From NCBI GenBank assembly GCA_963674965.2, contig CAXXFL010000001.1:640001-704000 (forward strand): a stretch of 64,000 bases of DNA. Reading direction: 5' to 3'. This DNA is from a bacterium (lineage in GTDB: Bacteria > RBG-13-61-14 > DATKZS01). Position 1 is the stretch's first letter, and every line of letters begins with the position of its first letter. A program made the position numbers and the translations under genes. The notes below the pieces were generated by a model. The model had not been told where the DNA came from. It saw only the letters and a program-made list of their open reading frames with translations, and did not search any database. Below, in pieces: positions 42,144 through 52,007 of the stretch.

Positions 42144-42325
42144 TTTTCTCTCCTTGCATTCAGCCTTGCCCTTTGGCTTTGATTAAAGAAAACTTTGGAT
42201 GAAAATTACTAGCCTGAAAATACCATCGTGATTTGCCTTTGTCAATTCTTTTTTCATAACGTCTTTTTTCACGATAATCGCGTCGCCTTGATTTTAATGG
42301 CCCATTAAAACTATGATTAACTCTC

Positions 42326-44371
42326 ATGGGCGAGCAAAACGGAAAAATCGTGAAAAATGGCGCGCGTCCCGAGATGACCCTTAAAGCCATACTGGTGGGC
42401 GTGGTAATCGGGATACTTTTCGGGGCGGCCAACGCCTACCTGGGACTGAAAGTGGGATTGACCGTCTCGGCCTCGATACCGGCCGCCGTGATGGGAGTGG
42501 CCGTCTTCGGCGCCTTGAGGCGCATGAGGCTGATGGGGCCTCCCACCATCCTCGAGAACAACATGGTCCAGACCGTGGGATCGGCCGGGGAGTCCCTCGC
42601 CGCTGGCGTCATCTTTACCGTGCCCGCCCTCATGCTCCTCGGGTTCAAGCCCCAGGTGCTCGAGATATTCGTGCTCGGGGCCGTGGGCGGCGTTATGGGC
42701 GTCCTTTTAATGGTCCCCCTCAGGAGCTATCTCATCGAGAAGGAACGGGGCAATCTGATTTACCCGGAGGGCACGGCCTGCGCCTCGGTTCTGGTCGCCG
42801 GGTCGGAGGGCGGGACCAAGGGCCGCCTGGTTTTCGCCGGTCTCGGGCTGGGCGCGCTTTTCGAGACCCTGGTAAGCGGGTTTAAGCTCCTCAAAGGCAC
42901 GGCCACCTTCCGGGTCCCCGGCTTTGCCAACGCCGAGGCGGGGGCCGACTCCTCGACCGCCCTGTTGGGAGTGGGCTTCGTGCTGGGTCCTCGGATCGCC
43001 GCCATCATGTTCGGAGGAGGGGCCCTGGCCTGGCTGGTGTTCATTCCCGCCATCAAACTCTTCGCCGGGGATTCGCCTCATCCGGTCTTTCCCGCCCAGG
43101 TCCCCATTTCCGAGCTCACGCCCCACCAGGTATGGCATAATTACATGCGCTACATCGGCGCGGGGGCCGTGGCCTTCGGAGGAGTGGTCACGCTGATAAG
43201 GTCCCTTCCCGTAATCTTTCAGAGCGCCTGGGCGGTCATCTCAAACCTTACTTCACCAAAGAACGAGGCCAGAAGGGAGCAAGGAGGAAAGAAGACGATC
43301 CGGGACCTTCCCGGCTGGGCCATAGGCTCGGGACTTATCGTCTGCGTCCTGGTCATGTGGCTGGCGCCCAGGTCCATGGCGCCGGGGGATATCATTTCCG
43401 CCTTCATGGCCGCTCTTTTCGGTTTCTTCTTCGTGGCCGTCAGCGCCCGGATAGTTGGACTTATCGGCTCCAGCTCGAACCCTATCTCGGGCATGACCAT
43501 CGCCGCCCTTCTGGCGACCTCGATTATCTTCAAGCTCCTGGGCTGGACGGGGGAGGAAGGACAGGCGGCGGCCCTGGCCGTGGGCGCCATCGTGTGCATA
43601 TCCGCCGCCATCGCGGGCGACACGAGCCAGGACCTCAAGACGGGTTTCCTCGTGGGCGCCACTCCCTGGCGTCAGCAACTTGGAGAGTTGGTCGGCGTCC
43701 TCACCTCGGCCGCCGTGATCGGCTTCGTGGTGCTGAAGCTCGACGAGGGAGTGGGTATCGGCTCGGCCGAGCTGTCCGCCCCTCAGGCCACGCTCATGTC
43801 CATGGTGGTAAAGGGCGTCTTAAGCGGAGACCTGCCATACTCGCTCGTCCTGATCGGGGTGGCCGCGGCAGCGGTGGTCGAGATTCTGGGCATCCCCTCA
43901 CTTCCCTTCGCCGTGGGCCTTTACCTTCCTTTCTCCCTTACGACCCCCATCATGCTCGGCGGCGCCGTCAGGTGGTCGATCGATCGGTCAAAGGCCAAGT
44001 CCGGGGCCGAGACTCCCAAAGAAACGGAAGATTGCGCCGATGAGGAGGTCTCCCAGTCGGGCGTACTTTTCGCCTCGGGTCTGATCGCGGGGTCGGCCTT
44101 CATCGGCATGGCCCTGGGGCTGGTCAAGTCCATTACCATTACTCCCGCCTTCGAGGAATGCCGGGCCGCCGGCGGCCTTGTCGGATGTATGCTCAAGTTC
44201 CCGGCGGAGTCCCTTCGCTCGGCCATCGAGGCCATGGCCGTCGGTCCCGAGTGGGCGGGGTCCATGGCGGACGCGGCCGCGGTCCTGGCGGTGCTCCTGG
44301 TGGGGGCCGCGCTTTATTTCGTCGCCTCCCGGCCGGGCCGAGGCGGCTCGCCGATGGGGCTTAAGGATTGA
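42326..44371 (+). CDS. OPT-family oligopeptide transporter
   Basis: YLGLKVGLTVSASIPAAV, ENNMVQT, YPEGTAC, SSSNPISG, QDLKTG, APQATLM. Confidence 0.93.
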   Translation: MGEQNGKIVKNGARPEMTLKAILVGVVIGILFGAANAYLGLKVGLTVSASIPAAVMGVAVFGALRRMRLMGPPTILENNMVQTVGSAGESLAAGVIFTVPALMLLGFKPQVLEIFVLGAVGGVMGVLLMVPLRSYLIEKERGNLIYPEGTACASVLVAGSEGGTKGRLVFAGLGLGALFETLVSGFKLLKGTATFRVPGFANAEAGADSSTALLGVGFVLGPRIAAIMFGGGALAWLVFIPAIKLFAGDSPHPVFPAQVPISELTPHQVWHNYMRYIGAGAVAFGGVVTLIRSLPVIFQSAWAVISNLTSPKNEARREQGGKKTIRDLPGWAIGSGLIVCVLVMWLAPRSMAPGDIISAFMAALFGFFFVAVSARIVGLIGSSSNPISGMTIAALLATSIIFKLLGWTGEEGQAAALAVGAIVCISAAIAGDTSQDLKTGFLVGATPWRQQLGELVGVLTSAAVIGFVVLKLDEGVGIGSAELSAPQATLMSMVVKGVLSGDLPYSLVLIGVAAAAVVEILGIPSLPFAVGLYLPFSLTTPIMLGGAVRWSIDRSKAKSGAETPKETEDCADEEVSQSGVLFASGLIAGSAFIGMALGLVKSITITPAFEECRAAGGLVGCMLKFPAESLRSAIEAMAVGPEWAGSMADAAAVLAVLLVGAALYFVASRPGRGGSPMGLKD

Positions 44372-44396
44372 CGCGGGCGCGATATGGTAGTATAAA
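44368..44396 (+). promoter_or_regulatory. Sigma70-type promoter for the response regulator
   Basis: TTGACG-17 bp-TATAAA. Confidence 0.6.
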
Positions 44397-44444
44397 TTTA
44401 ACGGATTATCGATCATCTTTTGCAAGGACAAGGAGTTCCATTCG

Positions 44445-44819
44445 ATGAAGCGGGTCATGCTGGTAGACGACAGCCCGACCATCATCCACGCGGCCTACGA
44501 CGAGCTCGAGGACCAGGGCTACGTCGTGGAGGTCGCCTATGACGGCAAGGAGGCCATCGATTACCTCAAGGACAACCCTGAGGACATGCCGGACCTGATC
44601 GTAATGGATATCGAGATGCCCAAGATGAGGGGAGACGAGGCCAGCAAGGTCATCAAGGCCAACCCCGCCTGGAACCACATCCCCATCGTGGCCCTTACCA
44701 GCGTCGACCCCGACAACGTGGCCGAAAGCCTTACCTATTTCGACAACTACATGATCAAACCCTTCGGCTTCGAACAGATGCTCTCCCTCGTGCAAAAAAT
44801 GATTGGCCCCGCCGATTAA
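44445..44819 (+). CDS. Single-domain response regulator (CheY-like)
   Basis: LVDDS, PDLIVMDIEMP, ALTS, KPF. Confidence 0.9.
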   Translation: MKRVMLVDDSPTIIHAAYDELEDQGYVVEVAYDGKEAIDYLKDNPEDMPDLIVMDIEMPKMRGDEASKVIKANPAWNHIPIVALTSVDPDNVAESLTYFDNYMIKPFGFEQMLSLVQKMIGPAD

Positions 44820-46091
44820 TAAATTTCTCGCGCTATTAAAAATCTTTGGCTCCGCCCTATAGTTGCATTGGACAATTAAAGACCTTGAAATTCAACTAAT
44901 TTAATTACGAATCCTCGGGGGCGGGGGTTACGTCTTATAATTGGGACAATAATGGCAACATGGCGGGGAAGGCGGGCCCCGAGGGGAGTTGGGTTTACGA
45001 GTGGACATGTGATAATAAGATGGAGAGGGCCGAGAAGGACGGCGCCCTCGAGGCGGAGTACGCCTACGATTACAGGGGCGAGCGGATAAGGAAAACGACT
45101 CCGGGGGAGAGCGTGAATTACCTGGTGGACAACAACAACCGCGCGGGATACTCGCAGGTGGCCCGCGAGACGGACGGCTCCGGCGCGGAGCTTGCCGCCT
45201 ACGCCTTCGGCGACGACCTCATCAGCCAGACCCGCGCCGGGGCGGTCTCCTTCTTCCACTACGACGGCCTCGGCTCCACCCGCGCCCTCACCTCCATCGC
45301 CGGAGACGTCACCGACGCCGTCACCTACCTCGCCTTCGGCCAAATCCTCGCCAGGACCGGCACGACCGAATTCTCACATCTCTTCACCGGCGAGGCCTAC
45401 GATTTCAATATAGGGCATTATTATCTGAGGGCGAGGTTGTATGATCCGGTGAACGGGATATTCGCTTCTCTCGATCCTTTCGAAGGCGCCTATTCAATTC
45501 CACAGTCCCTGCAAAAATATCTATACGCTTTTGGCAATTCTGTGAATTTATCAGACCCAAGTGGAAATATGCCAAGCTTAATATCTCTAATCGTTGCTCT
45601 TTCAATAATTACTATACTCGCGACTTCATGTACGGGCACTAACTCGAAAATGTTATCCTCGCTGGGAATTGCATATATTCATGGCCAGAGAAATAGTAAA
45701 GAAGATCTATTAAAAGCTTTACAAGATGATAAAATAAAATATGTTATTTATGTTGGGCACGCGCATCCAGGTGATGCAGCTACTGGTACAGCATGGCTCG
45801 TTATGGGTACTTCAACGCCAGGGGAACGTGTTACACGTGCGGATATAAAAAGTGCATTGTCAAGAAGAACGTCAAAAATAAAAGGGTTTGCCATATTTGC
45901 ATGCGGATGTTATTGGGTAGTAAAACATCTTGAAAATTTTACTGACCCTTCCAACAATTTATTGACATGGCGAGCATATATTCATATTAGCTTTGGAAAA
46001 AAAGGGTCTGGATATTTCAGAGATCAACTTGTTAGTCTAAGCAAGAACGAGCAGCAAGACCCATTCAGAACTGCATCGAATAATTTGATTA

Positions 46092-47086
46092 GAGCACTTA
46101 ACGATTGACATGACGTATTGATTGTGGTATTCTCTTGTCATGGGAATATCATCTTCAGAGATTCGCGAGCGGGCGCTTGCCGCCTATCAGACCGGCGATT
46201 ACACGCAATTGGAGGTCGCCGCCATCTTTCGGGTCAGTACGCGCACCTTTCAACGCTGGCTCAAGCAGTACCGGGAACATGGCTCGACCGAGCCGGGTAA
46301 ACGTGGCCACCGCGCCGCCGTTTATCGCGGCGCCGACCTTAAGCGTTTGGACGGCCTTATTGCTCGCCACCCGGACGCGACTCTTGATGAGTTGCGCGAA
46401 CTCACGGGCAAGTCGTGTTCCCTCATGGCGGTGCAGCGCGCCGTTGCGCGCTTGGGGTACAGCCTAAAAAAAAACGCTTTCGGCCAGCGAACAAAACCGG
46501 CCTGACGTGATCCATTCCCGCCTGGAGTGGAGCGCGGGTCCGATGCTCGGCGATGCTCGGCGGCTGGTATTCATCGACGAGTCTGGCGCCAAGACCAACA
46601 TGACCCGCCACCGCGGGCGGGGCCGCCGGGGCCAGAGAGTCCGTGATCACGCCCCCCATGGTCATTGGCATACCACGACGATGATCGGCTCGATTCGTTT
46701 TGACGGGCAGGTGAGTTGCATGGCGATCGAGGGTTCCGCGAACCGTGAGGTTTTTCGGTCTTACGTCAGGCACATCCTTGGCCCGACCTTGCGGCCGGGC
46801 GACGTGGTGGTCGCCGATAATCTCTCGGTGCACAAGGACGCCCAAAGTCGGGAGATTATCGAGGCCCTCGGCGCCCGCTTGGTGTTCCTGCCTCCGTACA
46901 GTCCCGATTTCAATCCGATCGAAAAGATGTGGAGCAAGGTGAAGAATCATTTACGCTCCGCCAAGGCGCGAACGCATCCTCGATTAATCGCGGCAATAAG
47001 CGAGGCATTATCTTCCATTACGGCCAGCGATGCTAAGGGCTATTTTTTTTCGTGCGGTTATACGACATTACAAACGTGAAGTGCTC
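46092..47086 (+). mobile_element. IS630-family insertion sequence
   Basis: IRs GAGCACTTAACGATTG / GAGCACTTCACGTTTG; TA duplication (46090-46091, 47087-47088). Confidence 0.92.
46140..47079 (+). CDS. IS630 transposase split into two frames at an A9 run
   Basis: HTH ORF (46140-46505) and DDE ORF (FIDESG, DNLSVHK, LPPYSPDFNPIE); A9 at 46466-46474. Confidence 0.85.
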
Positions 47087-47206
47087 TAGCCATTTTAGCG
47101 AATTAAGCGAAAATGAGTGCCCAATTAACATCAATGATAACATTGCTCGTGATTATTGCTATGTTAGACACTGGGTTGATTACAGGCCCTGACCAAAGGA
47201 GGAGCG

Positions 47207-47791
47207 ATGATGGCGAAGGAAAAGAAAATAAGTTTACTTGATATATACTTTTCATTGAAGTTCATAATAATTATATACGCTATTATAGAAATATTTAAGA
47301 CAATTGCAATATCACTATCATATGCGACATGGCCAAAAGCTTCTAGCCATATAGGTTCATTATTTATTTGGCTACTGGCAAATATGGATTTTTTTACATT
47401 GTTTCCTTTAAATAGGATAGGGGTATTAATATCATTAAAACATCAATTATTTCTATCACTCATAATAATATTTATATTTTATTATCGTTATTATTTATTG
47501 GAATTGGAAGTTGAAATTAAAAAAATAAAGTATAACTCAATGATAATTAATATTTTTTATTTATCAATAATGGTCATTTTTATTATATATTATAACCAGG
47601 GTCTATTTACATACTTTCCTTTTAAAGACAATAGCTTTGGAAGTTATTTGCGAAAATACACTGAGATTATTACAGAAGGAAAGCCTCATTATGATAATAT
47701 TTTCCTTTCAGTATCGCTTATATTATTTACAACAATGGTATCTTCAGCACTCTATTATGTAAATAAAATATTAAAAACTAAAAAGCCGTAA
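47207..47791 (+). CDS. AT-rich multi-pass membrane protein; putative immunity partner
   Basis: AGGAGG RBS; starts about 15 bp after the reconstructed toxin stop; 4-5 hydrophobic segments. Confidence 0.7.
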   Translation: MMAKEKKISLLDIYFSLKFIIIIYAIIEIFKTIAISLSYATWPKASSHIGSLFIWLLANMDFFTLFPLNRIGVLISLKHQLFLSLIIIFIFYYRYYLLELEVEIKKIKYNSMIINIFYLSIMVIFIIYYNQGLFTYFPFKDNSFGSYLRKYTEIITEGKPHYDNIFLSVSLILFTTMVSSALYYVNKILKTKKP

Positions 47792-47879
47792 AACAGCAAA
47801 TTGTAATGCATTGCTCATTATAAATAATGATTAAAATAAACAATAAATAGTAGAATGTTAAATAAGATATCAATTCCAT

Positions 47880-50291
47880 AACGAGTTGGGGAGGAAGGTG
47901 GCCGAGGTGGACCAGGCGGGCGTGAGGACCGAGTTCCTTTACGACGAGGCGGGTAGCCTCATCGGCGTGGACGACGCCGAGGGGGGAGAGACCCGCTATG
48001 TATATGACGCGGGCGGGGACCTGCTCTCGATCGTCGATCCCAACGGGCACGTTACCTCCTTTACTTACGACGAGCTTGGCCGCAAGACCTCGCGGACCCT
48101 GCCCGAGGGCATGGCCGAGACGTGGGAATACCGGGACTGCTGCATGGCCTCGTCCCATACCGACTTCAACGGCCGGACCGTCATTTACGAGTTCGACGAG
48201 ATGAAGCGCGAGACCCTCCGGACCTATCCGGACGGCAAGACCATCGGCCGCCAATACAACGGCCGGGGCCAGCTCGTCCGCGTGATTTATATTGGCTACG
48301 AGTTCGGCGCGGGCGAGCCGTATCGGGACCGCGTCTTCACCTACGACGACGTCACCGGGCAGCTCCTCCGCGACGACAAGGAGGACGGGCAGTATATCGC
48401 CTATAAGTACGATATCGCCGGGGCCCTTATCGAGACGGCCTACTCGGGCGGGCACGTGGTGACCTACGCCCACGACGCGCTCGGCCGCCTCGCGACCGTG
48501 ACCGACGACAACGGAATCACGCAGTATGCCTACGACGCGGTGGGCAACCGAAAGAGCATGGCCTATCCGAACGGGACGCTGGCCACATACGAGTTCGACG
48601 AGTTGAACCGCCTGACCTACCTCGAGAACTCGGGGCCGGGCGGGCTGATATCGAGCTACGAGTACACGCTTGGCCCGGCGGGGAACCGGACGGGGATCAT
48701 CGAGCGCTACCGCGAGCCGAAGGAGGCGGAGGGCGACACGGCCGAGCGGCCGGTGATCGAGGACGAGTGCGCCTACGAGTATGACGACCTGTATCGGCTC
48801 ACCCGCGAGGCGCGGACCTCCCCCGAGCCCGACCGCACCTACTGGATCGAGTATGACTACGACGCCTTCGGGAACCGCCTCGAGATGAACGCGGGCGGCC
48901 TGGTCACTGCCTACGACTACGACGCGAACGACAGGCTCCTCACCGAGTCAGCGGCCTCGGGAGTCACGTCGTACGCGTGGGACGATAACGGCAACATGGC
49001 CGGCAAGACCGGCCCATCGGAAACCTGGGCCTACGAATGGGACCTCGAGAACAAGATGGCCCGCGCCGACAAGGACGCCGCCCTCGCCGCCGCCTACGCC
49101 TACGACTTCCGCGGCGAGCGCATATACAAGCGGACGCCCGACGGCGCCACCCGCTTCCTCATCGACAACAACAACCAGACCGGCTACTCCCAAGCCCTCC
49201 GCGAAACCGACTCGGAGCAAGTTGAAGAAGTGGCTTATACATTTGGAGACGATCTGATCAGTCAGGAAAAGGCCGCGGTCTCGTTCTTCCATTACGACGG
49301 CCTGGGGTCATCACGGGCGCTTTCCTCCAATTCGGGTACTACCACAAACGCGTTCTCCTATCTTGCTTTCGGGTCGGTTTTATCCGCTACCGACCAGACA
49401 ATTACTTCTCATCTTTTCACGGGAGACGCCTATGACTTTAATCTTAGATATTATTATCTAAGAGCCAGGCTTTACGACCCCGTTTCGGGAAGATTTGTAT
49501 CACACGATAAATATGGTGGCAGAGTATTCGAGCCAAAAAGCATACATAAATATATTTATACATATAACAGCCCAGAGAATTACACGGACCCATCAGGATA
49601 TTTTACTATATATGAAATAATGATTGCTATTGCGGTGATAACTATTTTAATTATAAGCGCCGTTTCATTGTTTTTTGGTGGGGAAGATTACGATTGTCCA
49701 TCTGGTCTTTGGGCAGGTGTAGATGCACATGTTGATGCCACGTTTCAATTAGGACCTATGGGGTTGCCTCTTGGAGCGGTTGGCGGTGCCATTATCAGTT
49801 GTGTAGGCATGCGGGCTTATTCAATTCATAAAGAAAGGCCCATATGCCCATTACTCATTGCCTGTGGCAATACTCCTGTAGGAATAGGAGCGGAAATAGG
49901 GATGAATTTAGTTGGTGCTTACATAGTCGGCGCTCATGATATTGATGAATTATCTGGATTATCAGCAAATCTCAGTTTTTCCGCAAGCCCTGGTGTAGCG
50001 GGGCCGGGACCATCCTTAAGCGCTTCCTGGGGCGAAGGCTGTAATGTTGTCATCACGGCGGGGCTTTCAGTTAGCGCGGGTGATATGCTAGCTCTCCAAG
50101 GCTGCTCTGCCTATGTTGATGAGAGGCTATGCAGATGGGAACCTTCATTAATGGGCAAAGCCTATGACAGGATGGCTGATTTCGTTTCATGTGCCACAAG
50201 TTCATGCCTTTTTGATAAGCTTTCATTTTATTCTTCAGGCGGGATGTATAGCCACTGTGACTATCATCCTGATCTTTGTGGTACGCATTAA
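47880..50291 (+). pseudogene. 5'-truncated RHS/YD-repeat protein with an intact Gly/Cys-rich C-terminal tip
   Basis: Begins mid-repeat (ELGRK) with no RBS; many YD repeats; core YYLRARLYDP...PENYTDPSG; GC content drops into the tip. Confidence 0.88.
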
Positions 50292-50307
50292 AGAGGGAGA
50301 GTATAAG

Positions 50308-51180
50308 ATGATAAAAAAAATTGCCGCCATTTGCTTTCTATTTCTTTTTGTTATTGGTTGCAAAACAAATATCAACAAGCCCAAAAAGGAGCCAGAGATG
50401 GTTGAAATTCCAGCCGGAGAATACCATGTTGGCGCGTCCTTAATATCAATAATGAAAAATTGCAATGATGGCATGGATAATATATTAAAAATGAAAAGTG
50501 GATACTTAAATAAGCTTGTTTGTCGCCCAGATATATTTAAGATCGATTCTCCCGAAATAAAAGTAGACGCCGAATGTTATTTTATCGATAAGTATGAAGT
50601 TACAAGGAAGCAATATAAAGAATGTATTAGTGATGGTAAATGTGAATTTAATGGTGATAGCACGGAATTAGATTCAGATTTGCCTATGACGAATATCGAT
50701 TGGAAGCAGGCAAATACATATTGCATTTGGAGAGGAGCAAGACTGCCGACTGAGATTGAATGGGAAATTGCAGCAAGAGGGAAGACAAAGACTTTTTATC
50801 CGTGGGGAGATGATTTTTCTTGTGAAAAGGCGAGGTCTATGTATTGCCATGAAGAGATCGAACCAGGAAAAAGGGTTGCCCAAAAAGGTGGCTCCAACGT
50901 TTTTGATGAAAGTGAATTTGGAGTGATGGACATGTCAGGTAACGTGCAGGAATTTACTTCTAATAGATATTGTAAAAGAGATGAAAAAGAGAGAGAATCA
51001 GGATATTTCTGTCAATCATATGGATCTTATGTATCTATTAGAGGCTCATTTTATAACGGATTGCCTCATCAATCACTTGTGAGAAGAAGCATCGTTAAAA
51101 TTAAAAGTAATAATTCATTCACAGGATTCAGATGCGCAAGAAGCTGTGATGAAAAAGATAATGTGAAAAATAAAAATTGA
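50308..51180 (+). CDS. FGE-sulfatase (formylglycine-generating enzyme-like) domain lipoprotein; putative immunity
   Basis: Lipobox VIGC; IDKYEVT, RLPTEIEWEIAARG, YPWG, DMSGNVQE, GFRCAR; about 17 bp after the RHS stop; AT-rich. Confidence 0.85.
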   Translation: MIKKIAAICFLFLFVIGCKTNINKPKKEPEMVEIPAGEYHVGASLISIMKNCNDGMDNILKMKSGYLNKLVCRPDIFKIDSPEIKVDAECYFIDKYEVTRKQYKECISDGKCEFNGDSTELDSDLPMTNIDWKQANTYCIWRGARLPTEIEWEIAARGKTKTFYPWGDDFSCEKARSMYCHEEIEPGKRVAQKGGSNVFDESEFGVMDMSGNVQEFTSNRYCKRDEKERESGYFCQSYGSYVSIRGSFYNGLPHQSLVRRSIVKIKSNNSFTGFRCARSCDEKDNVKNKN

Positions 51181-51260
51181 TGGTCAGATATATATAAACA
51201 ACGGGTAACTCACACATAGTCGAACTACACGATACGGGTCGCCGAAGACCGAGGATTAAT

Positions 51261-51641
51261 TTAGAGCAAAAACATTAGGGGCTAAGGAATGAAACTGAAA
51301 TCGTATTTATGGCTTTTGATCACTTGCGAGGCGCTAATCTTGCTCCCGATTTTCCCGGGCCTGGCCGAGGAGGACCCGGCGGTTACGGCGGGGGTCGAAT
51401 GGCTTCGGGGCGCGGCGGGTCCGGACGGCGGGTTCGGGGCGGTGGTTGACGCGCGGGGGTCGGGGCTGGCCGCGGCCGCCCTCGGCGCCCATGGGCACGA
51501 CGTCACGGACGCCGTCTCTTCCCTTGCCTCGATTTCGCCCGCCAACGCTGAAAAGGCGTCCTTTCTCCTCCTTGCCGCTCCCGAACCGACAAATGCCGCC
51601 CACCTCCTTTCTCTCCAACTCCCCGACGGCTCCTACGGCTC
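51261..51641 (+). repeat. 381-bp dispersed repeat, inverted relative to 31286-31666
   Basis: Near-identical to the reverse complement of 31286-31666. Confidence 0.93.
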
Positions 51642-51699
51642 AGGGATCTTGGGAGCATACTTATCTCGCCTTTGTTTAAGGGCAGAGATGTGTTTATAA
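51289..51699 (+). pseudogene. 3'-truncated secreted prenyltransferase-repeat protein (copy 2)
   Basis: Matches copy 1 up to DGSYGS, then runs into unrelated sequence. Confidence 0.65.
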
Positions 51700-51716
51700 A
51701 AAAATCATCCGTTTCT

Positions 51717-52007
51717 TCAGGCGATGACCTCATAGGCCTCGATGCCGAGTCCGCCCTCGAGGAGGTCTTTTAGCTTGCCGGCGGCCGCCTGGAAATGGGC
51801 CGAGCCGGCGTGGGCCTGAAACGCGTCGCCGTCCTTGTACTTCTCGTAGACCATGAAAAGGGAAGGGTCCTTTTTCGAGCGATGGAAGGTATACTCGAGA
51901 GCGCCTTCCTCGTTTTGCTTGACCGCCTCGACCAGTTCCTTCATGACCGAAATAAGCTCGTCTTCTTTGCCGGACTTGGCCACGAGGTTTGCCGATATTA
52001 CTATCAT
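51717..52007 (-). CDS. Antibiotic-biosynthesis monooxygenase (ABM) domain protein
   Basis: EEGALEY, FMVYEKY, AHAGSAHF. Confidence 0.85.
   Translation of the reverse strand: MIVISANLVAKSGKEDELISVMKELVEAVKQNEEGALEYTFHRSKKDPSLFMVYEKYKDGDAFQAHAGSAHFQAAAGKLKDLLEGGLGIEAYEVIA

Larger units (their letters stand above)
44909..47192 (+). pseudogene. 5'-truncated RHS core plus caspase-like C-terminal tip, interrupted by IS630
   Basis: YD repeats, YYLRARLYDP, DPSG at 45554; tip has VIYVGHA and IFACG; IS excision extends the frame to ...CYVRHWVDYRP* at 47192. Confidence 0.85.

Noticed and set aside
27849-51180. anSME plus FGE-domain protein as a joint sulfatase-maturation system
   Set aside because: They are 21 kb apart, the FGE-like gene is an AT-rich lipoprotein coupled to an RHS tip, and no sulfatase is present.
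50308-51260. FGE/C-type-lectin-fold gene as a diversity-generating retroelement target
   Set aside because: No reverse transcriptase and no template-repeat copy of its 3' end seen in the window; the 381-bp repeat differences are not adenine-specific.
31286-51641. 381-bp inverted repeats as terminal repeats of a 20-kb transposon
   Set aside because: They are coding fragments, one copy extends about 140 bp further as a gene, no target duplication is evident, and the interior is ordinary chromosomal genes.
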